From contig CALXQL010000007.1 of the NCBI GenBank assembly GCA_944390685.1, forward strand, positions 14,507 through 78,506: a stretch of DNA of 64,000 nucleotides. The letters run 5' to 3'. Shown here piece after piece: positions 1 through 8,084 of this stretch. The position numbers were made by a program, and so were the translations under genes. The notes beneath the pieces were generated by a model, which was not told the DNA's origin, made no database searches, and was given only the letters and a program-made list of their open reading frames with translations. This stretch comes from an uncultured Alphaproteobacteria bacterium (lineage in GTDB: Bacteria > Pseudomonadota > Alphaproteobacteria > Rs-D84 > CACZYB01). Positions within the stretch are counted from its first letter, which is position 1, and every line of letters begins with the position of its first letter.

Positions 1-793
1 GAATTTTTCCCAATTGATTTTTTAAAAACAAATCATCATAATCAATGAAATCATCAATTATTTCAAAAGGAACATCAGTAAAAATAGTATTTTTCAAAGA
101 CTTTTTAACATTATCAATTGATTTAAACTCATCTAATAAATTAAGGAATTTATTACGATGACCTATTACTTCATCTTCAATAAGTTTTTTAAATGAAGAT
201 TGGCTCATGTTTTTAATTAAGATATTGAATTGATTTAATATATGAATGCTTTGTTCATCTTTATGATTCTTAATTTTCATAATTAAATTAGAATAAGCAT
301 TATTAAGAAGCCTATTACTATCAATATCGGAAATGATTTTAAAATGAGGTGAAACATTAGCTTCAATAGGAAATCTTTTAAGTATAGATTCGCAAAAAGC
401 ATGAATAGTATAAATTTTAAGAGGTATAGGGTTATCAATCAATTTTGAAAATAATTTTCGTGCGGATAGTTTAATTTTGTGAAAATCATCATCATTTAAA
501 TCAAAATCATCAATATCACACACATAAAGAGATTTAATTTCCTTTTCCAAATCCTCATCATTCATAATAGCCCAATTTCTAGCCCTTTTAAAAATTCTAT
601 CCTGCATTTCAATTGCACCGGATTTTGTATAGGTAAGACATAAAATTTTTGTTGGATCCACCCCTTGTAAAAATAAACGTAATAATCTTGATACAAGAAC
701 AGTAGTCTTACCGGTTCCAGCACTTGCCGACACCCAAACGGAATAAAGAGGGTTAGAAGCGTCTTTTTGATTTTGAAAAGAATTATCTTGCAT
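1..793 (-). CDS. UvrD/AddA-family ATP-dependent helicase, N-terminal part. The gene runs off the window start; the start codon is at 793.
   Basis: Reverse translation from 793 gives MQDNSFQNQKDASNPLYSVWVSASAGTGKTTVL... (Walker A as in AddA/UvrD). The frame stays open to position 1. It is absent from the ORF track because no stop falls inside the window. Confidence 0.5.
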   Translation of the reverse strand, partial: MQDNSFQNQKDASNPLYSVWVSASAGTGKTTVLVSRLLRLFLQGVDPTKILCLTYTKSGAIEMQDRIFKRARNWAIMNDEDLEKEIKSLYVCDIDDFDLNDDDFHKIKLSARKLFSKLIDNPIPLKIYTIHAFCESILKRFPIEANVSPHFKIISDIDSNRLLNNAYSNLIMKIKNHKDEQSIHILNQFNILIKNMSQSSFKKLIEDEVIGHRNKFLNLLDEFKSIDNVKKSLKNTIFTDVPFEIIDDFIDYDDLFLKNQLGKI

Positions 794-892
794 ATTTACC
801 TATCCAAAAATTAAATAAAATTAAAAAATATTATAGAATAAATAAAAAAAATATGCTATATATATTTTATATAAAATAAGAGGGGAAAAATA

Positions 893-3280
893 ATGAATAA
901 AGAAATAAGAAATGTAAAATATGTAAAAGAAAGATTGACTTATTATTTATCAAAAACAAGTAAAAAAACAATCAAAACTGCAACGACAAAGGATTGGTAT
1001 AATGCATTTGTTGATATGTTAAATAATGAACTTATTTCCTATGCAAATGAAACAGAAGAAAAAATACTAAATCGTAAAAATAAATTTATTGCATACCTTT
1101 CAATGGAATATTTGCTTGGAAAACTTGGTAAACAAACATTATTAAATTTAAAAGCAATTGATACTTTTAAAAAGGCATTTGATGCTTTTAATGTAAAATT
1201 GGAAGATGTCCTAAATATGGAACATGAAACCCAACTTGGAAATGGTGGGTTAGGGCGTCTTGCAGCATGCTTTTTTGATTCTCTTGCCACATTAAATTAT
1301 CCAGCCTTTGGTTATGGTTTATTTTATCGCTGTGGTATATATAAACAAGTGGTAGAAAAGGGTATACAAATTGAAAAGCCGGATCTTTGGATTGAAAATC
1401 ATAATATAGCAGTTGATAAAAGAAAGGATATTTCATACTATGTAAAATTCGGTGGAAAGGTTGAATTTTCAAATACCATAGAAAGAATGACTTGGATACC
1501 AAATGAAATTGTAAAATGTAATGCAAATGATATCTTGCTTGCCGGTTATAATAATAAAGCCACTCTTCGTGTAAGATTGTGGGAAGCAGAACGAAAAGAT
1601 AAAACTGCACCTGATATAAAAAAGACTATTACAAACATTACAGATTTTCTTTATCCACCTGATATAACTGATGAAGGAAGAAGATTAAGATTAAGACAAG
1701 AATATGTTTTGGTATCTGCATCAATTCAAGATTTATTTGCCCGTTTTAAAACAACAGGTTTATCAATAAATAAAATTGATGAATTTTTATCTGTGCAATT
1801 AAATGATACTCATCCAACACTTGCAATTCCTGAAATAATAAGGATTTTAATGGAAGATTATTGTTTTTCCTATGATGAAGCATATAAGAAAATGTATAAA
1901 ATTTGTGCCTATACAAATCATACTTTGATGGCGGAAGCATTGGAAAAAATAGGTATAGATTTATTTAAACGAGAACTTCCATATCATTATGCAATAATTG
2001 AAAAAATAAATGAAGATTTTTTAAATTTTGCAAAAAATAAAATACCGGAAAATAAATTAAATAAAATTGAAATAATAAATCAAAATAATTATGTGAATAT
2101 GGGAAATCTTTGTATGATTGCAACACACAAAGTAAATGGAGTTGCAGCTCTTCATTCAAAGCTATTAAAGAAAAAAGAGTTTGATTTAATCTCTAAACTA
2201 TATCCACATAAATTCATAAATGAAACAAATGGAATCACACAAAGAAAATGGTTATTAGAAGCAAATCCAGAACTTTCAAATCTAATAACAAAAACAATAG
2301 GTGATGATTGGATAACTGATTTATATCAATTGAAAAAATTATTAAAATATAAAAATGATGCAAACTTTATTGAAAAATTTTATAAAGTGAAAAGAAAGAA
2401 TAAGGAAAGACTTTTATCTGTTATAAAGGATGAAATGAACCTTACTTTATCACCTGATTTTATATTGGATTCACAAATTAAAAGAATTCATGAATATAAA
2501 AGACAATTTTTAAATATACTTCAAGTGATAGATAGATATAATAGAATTTGTGATGGTGATATAGAAGGCCTTCAACCAAAAATTTGTTTATTTGCAGGTA
2601 AGGCTCCTCCAACATATGATATTGCAAAAGATGTTTTATCGTTAATAAACGATGTCGCAAATATAGTAAATAAGGATCCAAGATGTAAAGATTTATTAAA
2701 GGTTGTTTTTGTTCCAAATTATAATATAACAAAGGCCCAATTGATAATTCCTGCAACTGAAATAAGTGAACAAATTTCTACTGCTGGTAAAGAGGCAAGC
2801 GGAACCGGAAATATGAAATTTGCATTAAACGGAGCATTAACAATAGGAACTCTTGATGGAGCCAATGTAGAAATAAAAGATAATGTTGGAAAGAAAAATA
2901 TATTTATCTTTGGTTTGACTGCAAAAAAAGTATATGGATTAAAAGAACATGGCTATGATGCACATGGACTATATGATGCTAACCCACGCATGCAAAGAAT
3001 AATAGAACAAATCAAATCAGGTTTCTTTTCAAAGGGAGATAAACATAAACACGATTTGGTATTAAATGCATTCTTTAATAATAATGATGAATATATGATA
3101 TTGGCAGACTTTAATAGTTATGTATATACTCAAAATAAAATAGATAGAGAATATACAAATCAAAATCTATGGTGGAAAAAAGCCTTAATAAATGTAGCAA
3201 ATTGTGGTTTCTTTTCTTCTGATAGAACTATAAAAAGTTATGCAAAAGATATCTGGAAAATAAAAGAGATAGAAGACTAA
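893..3280 (+). CDS. glgP: Glycogen/maltodextrin phosphorylase
   Basis: 795 aa with the pyridoxal-phosphate site EASGTGNMKF and a typical GT35 length. The RBS AGAGGGG lies upstream. Confidence 0.9.
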   Translation: MNKEIRNVKYVKERLTYYLSKTSKKTIKTATTKDWYNAFVDMLNNELISYANETEEKILNRKNKFIAYLSMEYLLGKLGKQTLLNLKAIDTFKKAFDAFNVKLEDVLNMEHETQLGNGGLGRLAACFFDSLATLNYPAFGYGLFYRCGIYKQVVEKGIQIEKPDLWIENHNIAVDKRKDISYYVKFGGKVEFSNTIERMTWIPNEIVKCNANDILLAGYNNKATLRVRLWEAERKDKTAPDIKKTITNITDFLYPPDITDEGRRLRLRQEYVLVSASIQDLFARFKTTGLSINKIDEFLSVQLNDTHPTLAIPEIIRILMEDYCFSYDEAYKKMYKICAYTNHTLMAEALEKIGIDLFKRELPYHYAIIEKINEDFLNFAKNKIPENKLNKIEIINQNNYVNMGNLCMIATHKVNGVAALHSKLLKKKEFDLISKLYPHKFINETNGITQRKWLLEANPELSNLITKTIGDDWITDLYQLKKLLKYKNDANFIEKFYKVKRKNKERLLSVIKDEMNLTLSPDFILDSQIKRIHEYKRQFLNILQVIDRYNRICDGDIEGLQPKICLFAGKAPPTYDIAKDVLSLINDVANIVNKDPRCKDLLKVVFVPNYNITKAQLIIPATEISEQISTAGKEASGTGNMKFALNGALTIGTLDGANVEIKDNVGKKNIFIFGLTAKKVYGLKEHGYDAHGLYDANPRMQRIIEQIKSGFFSKGDKHKHDLVLNAFFNNNDEYMILADFNSYVYTQNKIDREYTNQNLWWKKALINVANCGFFSSDRTIKSYAKDIWKIKEIED

Positions 3281-4593
3281 TGAAAAATAAAGATACAATT
3301 TTTGCATTAAGTTCAGCTTATGGTAAGGCAGGTGTTTCAGTATTTCGCATATCTGGACCTGCCTCAAAGGAAATATTGACCACGTTAACTCATGGTAAAA
3401 AATTCACTCCCAATAAAATGTTTTATACTGGTATTTATAATCCAAAAAACGATGATTTATTGGATACCTGTATGGCTGTATTTTTCAAATCACCTCATTC
3501 CTATACCGGTGAAGATACAATAGAACTTTTTACACATGGAAGTATTGCAATAGTTGATATATTATATAAGGTTTTAGGATCATTTAAAAATACTCGTCTT
3601 GCCACCCCTGGTGAATTTACAAAACAAGCATTTTTAAATGGACGACTTGATTTAACTCAAGTTGAATCTATTGCCGATTTGATAGAAGCACAAACAGAAT
3701 CCCAAAGGAAACTTGCACTTAAAAATGCAAATGGTGATGAAGCAAAATTGTATAATCAATGGCGACAAAAATTGGTAAAAATACTTGCTTGGTATGAGGC
3801 TAGTATAGATTTTTCTGATAATGAAATGCCAAAAGATGTAATTGAACAATCAAATAAAATGTTGCATGATTTAATAAATGATATGAAGAAACATATTTCA
3901 ACTTCACAAATTGCAACGCGAATAAAACAAGGTTTAAATATTGCAATTATTGGTAAACCTAATGTAGGTAAATCATCACTATTTAATAAAATAATAGGTG
4001 AAAATAAAGCAATAGTATCTTCCATTGCTGGCACAACTCGTGATGTGATAGATGCTACTTTGGATATAGAAGGTTTTAAAGTTAATCTATCTGATACAGC
4101 TGGATTGAATGAAAAAACCACTGATAAAATTGAAAAAAAAGGTATACAAAAGGCAAATAAAATAGCAAAATTGGCGGATATAAAACTTTATGTAATAGAT
4201 AATATAAAAAATTTAGATTATAAAAAAGTTGATAATGATACAATAATACTATTAAATAAAATTGATAAAAAACATAATATGAATATAGATAAAAATATAA
4301 TACCAATATCTGTTAAAACTGGTGAAAATTTTAATACATTTTGGAAAATTTTAATAAAAAAGATAAAGGAAAAAATGTCATTTTCAAATGATATCACCAT
4401 GTCTCAACAAAGATATAAAGAAGCGCTTAATACAACAATTTTGGAATTGGATAATGCTATTAAAACGCAACAAATTGATTTAAAAACAGAACATATAAGA
4501 CTTGCTACTGAAACAATAGGAAGTATAACAGGAGAAGTCTATTTCAATGAATTATTGGATGAAATATTTTCCACATTCTGTTTAGGTAAGTAA
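3280..4593 (+). CDS. mnmE: tRNA modification GTPase MnmE/TrmE
   Basis: G1 GKPNVGKSSLFN, G3 DTAG, C-terminal CLGK motif. The start overlaps the glgP stop (TAATG). Confidence 0.9.
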   Translation: MKNKDTIFALSSAYGKAGVSVFRISGPASKEILTTLTHGKKFTPNKMFYTGIYNPKNDDLLDTCMAVFFKSPHSYTGEDTIELFTHGSIAIVDILYKVLGSFKNTRLATPGEFTKQAFLNGRLDLTQVESIADLIEAQTESQRKLALKNANGDEAKLYNQWRQKLVKILAWYEASIDFSDNEMPKDVIEQSNKMLHDLINDMKKHISTSQIATRIKQGLNIAIIGKPNVGKSSLFNKIIGENKAIVSSIAGTTRDVIDATLDIEGFKVNLSDTAGLNEKTTDKIEKKGIQKANKIAKLADIKLYVIDNIKNLDYKKVDNDTIILLNKIDKKHNMNIDKNIIPISVKTGENFNTFWKILIKKIKEKMSFSNDITMSQQRYKEALNTTILELDNAIKTQQIDLKTEHIRLATETIGSITGEVYFNELLDEIFSTFCLGK

Positions 4594-4615
4594 TAAATTA
4601 TATGATTAAACAAAA

Positions 4616-4645
4616 AGCCCCAAAAATGGGGCTTTTATTTTTATT
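4616..4645. terminator. Bidirectional rho-independent terminator between mnmE (+) and the lipoprotein gene (-)
   Basis: Hairpin AGCCCCA-AAAA-TGGGGCT flanked by T/A runs on both strands. Confidence 0.5.
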
Positions 4646-4648
4646 ATT

Positions 4649-5833
4649 TTAATTATTTCTTTTTGCTCCAAAAGCCCCTTGAAATTGTAAATTATAATCA
4701 TCAGCAGAAGGGCTATTTTCCAACTTATAATCATCTTTTTTATTAGTATCTATAAAATTGATACCTCCAACAGCCTCTATAACTTTTTGTGTTGTTGGTT
4801 CATAATAATAATTTATAGAAAAATTATTGTTAATTATGTTACCATCTCTATCTTTAATAATGTTTTCACTATTAGGGTGTAAAATATCTTTATATTCACT
4901 ATCTGTATTTAATTTATATAAAAATGCATTATTACCAGAGCTTTCTCCTTTTGGATTATCAAATTTTAAATTTACAATATCATTACTCTCTTGTATAGCA
5001 GTTACATCATACCAATTATCAAATTTCATATTTAATGTAGATATTGGATTTCCATTATTCCTTTGAAAAGTTAAAGTAGCATTTCCATCAAGTTTTCTTG
5101 TTGTTTCTATCATTCTGTTTTCAGTAGTAGAAAAACCAGTCCCTGAAACATAACCTAACGCTTTACCAGTAAAAGCAATTTTATCCGTTTCTATTTTAGT
5201 TGTATCTATTTTTCTTTGATCATACCCACCAAAGAAACCAACAGAAAATTCTTCTGCTTCCAAATTTGTAGAACATATTCCATTATAACATTGAACCTTA
5301 TTACCTTCATTATCATATTCAAATTCCACAGTTTTAGAATCCAAAATACCAAAATCTGAATAAGTTAAATCTAATTCAATTCCCTTTGAAATAAATTTCC
5401 CTTCTTCTTCTATATAATGAGAGCCACCTTCACTTTTCCGTAATGATTTAAATGTATTGGAATCACCATCTCTTTCAAAAGATAATTGTTCATCTGGTAA
5501 TGAAAAAGCAATAATTTTACCATTTTTATCAACATCAAATTTTGCCTTTATTAAACTACCTTCTTCATATGATATGAGTTCTACATCATCTATATAAGCA
5601 TATTCATTTTTTGTTGTATTATTTGCAAATCTAACTTTTGAAGTTTCAGGATTTGATATCATTATTGCACTTGCAAGTGATGTAACTTGTTTATTACTAT
5701 TTTTAATTTCATCTGAAATTTCTATTGGTAAATTGATGTTTGGAAGACTACTTCCTCCTACTATACTTCCACCACCACCACAAGCAGTTAATAAAATTAA
5801 AGAAGATATAGATATTTTTAAATTGTTTTTCAT
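4649..5833 (-). CDS. Surface lipoprotein with a TbpB/fHbp-like C-terminal beta-barrel domain
   Basis: Lipobox LLTAC followed by GGGGS. The C-terminus (FTGKALGYVSG...FQGAFGAKRNN) resembles the TbpB C-lobe / lipoprotein_5 family. Paralog of 60295..61188. Confidence 0.5.
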   Translation of the reverse strand: MKNNLKISISSLILLTACGGGGSIVGGSSLPNINLPIEISDEIKNSNKQVTSLASAIMISNPETSKVRFANNTTKNEYAYIDDVELISYEEGSLIKAKFDVDKNGKIIAFSLPDEQLSFERDGDSNTFKSLRKSEGGSHYIEEEGKFISKGIELDLTYSDFGILDSKTVEFEYDNEGNKVQCYNGICSTNLEAEEFSVGFFGGYDQRKIDTTKIETDKIAFTGKALGYVSGTGFSTTENRMIETTRKLDGNATLTFQRNNGNPISTLNMKFDNWYDVTAIQESNDIVNLKFDNPKGESSGNNAFLYKLNTDSEYKDILHPNSENIIKDRDGNIINNNFSINYYYEPTTQKVIEAVGGINFIDTNKKDDYKLENSPSADDYNLQFQGAFGAKRNN

Positions 5834-6022
5834 GGTGTTTCTTTCATATTGTGTTTTATTGATAAATTTAATGTATATAAATATATATTATTGATAAATT
5901 GGATTTAACCCAAATCAGGATTGATGTTTATCATTACTTTATTTTAATTTTTTATTATAATAAATGATATTATCAAAACAAATAGAGACAATAATTATAA
6001 ACAGATAGATTATTAAACAAAA

Positions 6023-6050
6023 AAGCCCCAAATGCGGGGGCTTTAAATTT
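6023..6050 (-). terminator. Hairpin terminator immediately downstream (minus strand) of the tRNA 3'-half remnant
   Basis: AAGCCCC-AAATGCG-GGGGCTT stem-loop followed by T-runs on both strands. Confidence 0.4.
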
Positions 6051-6096
6051 TGGTGGCGCCTCCCAGACTCGAACTGGGGACCTGCGGATTATGATT
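6051..6096 (-). pseudogene. 3' half (anticodon loop to CCA) of a split tRNA(CAU) gene. Left junction of the island.
   Basis: The minus strand reads ATCATAATCCGCAGGTCCCCAGTTCGAGTCTGGGAGGCGCCACCA. This equals positions 32-76 of the intact tRNA at 7930..8006 with one change (G66 to A). Confidence 0.8.
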
Positions 6097-6212
6097 ACCT
6101 GCATAGACCTCGCAGAAAATCAATAACAATCACCAAACATAACTCCCGATTAGACTCTTAATTTTCTATTTATCGATATTGATTATCCCCTGTTATTATA
6201 TGGGCATATCGA

Positions 6213-6231
6213 TGTCAAAAAATTGTCAAAA
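6213..6231 (-). promoter_or_regulatory. Tandem TTTTGACA motif pair (11-bp spacing), about 115 bp inside the left island end
   Basis: The plus strand reads TGTCAAAAAATTGTCAAAA. Same motif as 7769..7790 and 17614..17634. Candidate integrase arm-type or regulator binding sites. Confidence 0.4.
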
Positions 6232-6780
6232 TTATTCGTTTAATTCAGGTAAACCTATCCTTGATAAATAATGAGAAAAACGTATTGATAAATTTTCTCG
6301 AAAAAGTTCATTTATTGTTGTTAAATATTTATCATTGTATTGTTTTTTTACATCATTATATGGAATTGTGTAATATATCTTAAAATCAATAATTAATTCA
6401 TTTAACGATTTTTCTCTATCTTCTTTTAACAAAAAATAACGTTCATCTTTATTTTGCTGAATTTTTTTATATTGTTCGCTATTTATACGAGTATGTTTTA
6501 CATTAAGATAAAATCCCTCTCTGATTTCTTCTGTTAAAAAGGCTGGTAGAATCATGATATTTGGTAAATATTGATGACAACTTTGTTTATCATCTAATTT
6601 ATTGTCTTTACATTGGCATAAATCACAATCTTGAGATAATACTACAACATATGGTAAATAAGCCTCTTTTAGTTTTTCACCTTCTAAATATATAATTTTA
6701 AAATTTTGCAATATGTCTCCCTGACATATTCTTTCTTTATCATGACTAACGTAAAATGAATTTATATTACTGTTAAACAT
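6232..6780 (-). CDS. Hypothetical protein, 182 aa. Last gene of the three-gene operon at the left island end.
   Basis: ORF with cysteine/aspartate-rich segment VVVLSQDCDLCQCKD. No family recognised. Confidence 0.5.
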   Translation of the reverse strand: MFNSNINSFYVSHDKERICQGDILQNFKIIYLEGEKLKEAYLPYVVVLSQDCDLCQCKDNKLDDKQSCHQYLPNIMILPAFLTEEIREGFYLNVKHTRINSEQYKKIQQNKDERYFLLKEDREKSLNELIIDFKIYYTIPYNDVKKQYNDKYLTTINELFRENLSIRFSHYLSRIGLPELNE

Positions 6781-6782
6781 TA

Positions 6783-6986
6783 TTAATCTTTTCTTAAAAT
6801 TTTGAAAATATTTTCACATAATACTTGTTCAGAAAAAACATTTCTTTTATAACTACCATCGGATATGGAAGAATCGTAATAATCTTTAATAAAATTAAAT
6901 TCTTTTTCTTCAGAAATTATTATATCATTACATTTTATACCACTATTTTCTTTTGTAGAAAATTGATTTTCTAGAATTTTATCCAT
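6783..6986 (-). CDS. Hypothetical small protein, 67 aa. Middle gene of the operon.
   Basis: Tightly packed between its neighbours: 2-nt gap on one side and an 8-nt overlap on the other. Confidence 0.4.
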   Translation of the reverse strand: MDKILENQFSTKENSGIKCNDIIISEEKEFNFIKDYYDSSISDGSYKRNVFSEQVLCENIFKILRKD

Positions 6987-7695
6987 TTAATTTACTCCTT
7001 AAATCATCTGTAATACTCTTTTCAAATAAATCTTGAATAATTCCATGAAAATTATTCAAAAGAGCAATTATAGTTTTTTCCGATGGAAAATCCTTTGTTG
7101 AAACATCTATATCTAGTATAAAATCATTTTTCTTAATTAATGGAGCAGGATAATTTGGATTATTTATTCCAAAATTGAAAATAACATTTGAATCATCAGA
7201 TTTAAATGACAACTGTTCCATATATCTATTTAAAGATAAATTTTTTAAACTCTCAGCAAAATTATAAATTGAAAATAAATTAGTATCTATATAACCTATC
7301 TTACTAATATTATCTATAGGAATATTATTTATAAAGCGCAATCCTAATCTTTTATATGAAATATCATTTTTATAAAGTTCTTCAAATTTTCCAAATATAC
7401 GATTAAAAATATCCAAAAAATCTTCAAATGTAGTATATTTTTTTAATTCAAAAATTAAGGAATTGCATGATAATGAAATTTTTAATTTTTCTTTTTCAAA
7501 TTCAAAAATATTGATTAAAGAGAAACCATTTTCTGATGGAATTAATATTTTATTTTTATTGTTATTATAATCTAACAAATCTTTTACAAATTCTTCTTTT
7601 ACATCACTTTTCAAAGAATTGATTTCAGAAAAATCCAATCTACAAATAACATTAGTTATATAATTGTTATTATATCTGATACCATCATAACTCAT
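6979..7695 (-). CDS. Hypothetical protein, 238 aa, possibly TIGR04255-like. First gene of the operon.
   Basis: N-terminal ITNVICRLDFSEI and internal RLGLRFINNI resemble my recollection of the TIGR04255 family pattern. Not verified. Confidence 0.45.
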   Translation of the reverse strand: MSYDGIRYNNNYITNVICRLDFSEINSLKSDVKEEFVKDLLDYNNNKNKILIPSENGFSLINIFEFEKEKLKISLSCNSLIFELKKYTTFEDFLDIFNRIFGKFEELYKNDISYKRLGLRFINNIPIDNISKIGYIDTNLFSIYNFAESLKNLSLNRYMEQLSFKSDDSNVIFNFGINNPNYPAPLIKKNDFILDIDVSTKDFPSEKTIIALLNNFHGIIQDLFEKSITDDLRSKLNG

Positions 7696-7768
7696 TTTTG
7701 TTTTTCCTATATAGAAGTTAAAGCCTCACATCTAAATGTTATCATAATTTAATATCTTTGCAATCGTT

Positions 7769-7790
7769 TTTTGACATTATTTTTGACACT
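7769..7790 (+). promoter_or_regulatory. Tandem TTTTGACA(T/C) motif pair (12-bp spacing)
   Basis: TTTTGACATTATTTTTGACACT, between the minus-strand operon start and the island tRNA. Confidence 0.4.
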
Positions 7791-7888
7791 AATTTATTTT
7801 TAGGGTGATTTCGTGTTAGAAAAAAGTTTTGAAAATCCCAAAAATTTGCTAAAAATTATGAATTTTTCTTAAAATTTATTGAAACTTG

Positions 7889-7917
7889 TTGACTTTTAAA
7901 ATGGGATATTATATTAT
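7889..7917 (+). promoter_or_regulatory. Sigma70-type promoter for the island tRNA(CAU)
   Basis: TTGACT (7889-7894), 17-nt spacer, TATTAT (7912-7917), about 12 nt before the mature tRNA 5' end. Confidence 0.45.
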
Positions 7918-7929
7918 GAAACAATCTTG

Positions 7930-8006
7930 GGCGCCCTAGCTCAGTTGGTTAGAGCGACGGAATCATAATCCGCAGGTCCCCAGTTCGAGTCTGGGGGGCG
8001 CCACCA
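7930..8006 (+). tRNA. tRNA(CAU): elongator Met or lysidine-type Ile2, 77 nt with encoded CCA
   Basis: Cloverleaf folded by hand. Acceptor GGCGCCC/GGGCGCC, D-stem GCTC/GAGC, anticodon loop ATCATAA (anticodon CAT), T-loop TTCGAGT, discriminator A, then CCA. G1:C72 makes it not an initiator. The acceptor stem resembles E. coli Ile2. Confidence 0.85.
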
Positions 8007-8084
8007 AAAATCAAAAATATATAAATCGCTTGAAATGTTTCTGAATTTTGTGTTAACATATACAAAGTAAGGAAAGGATTTTTT

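Noticed and set aside
1039-3367. Antisense ORFs of 60-140 aa inside glgP (1039..1290, 1188..1610, 1746..1940, 1965..2159, 2478..2756, 3185..3367)
   Set aside because: They lie entirely within a well-supported conserved gene on the opposite strand. They are AT-rich, low-complexity frames typical of noise.
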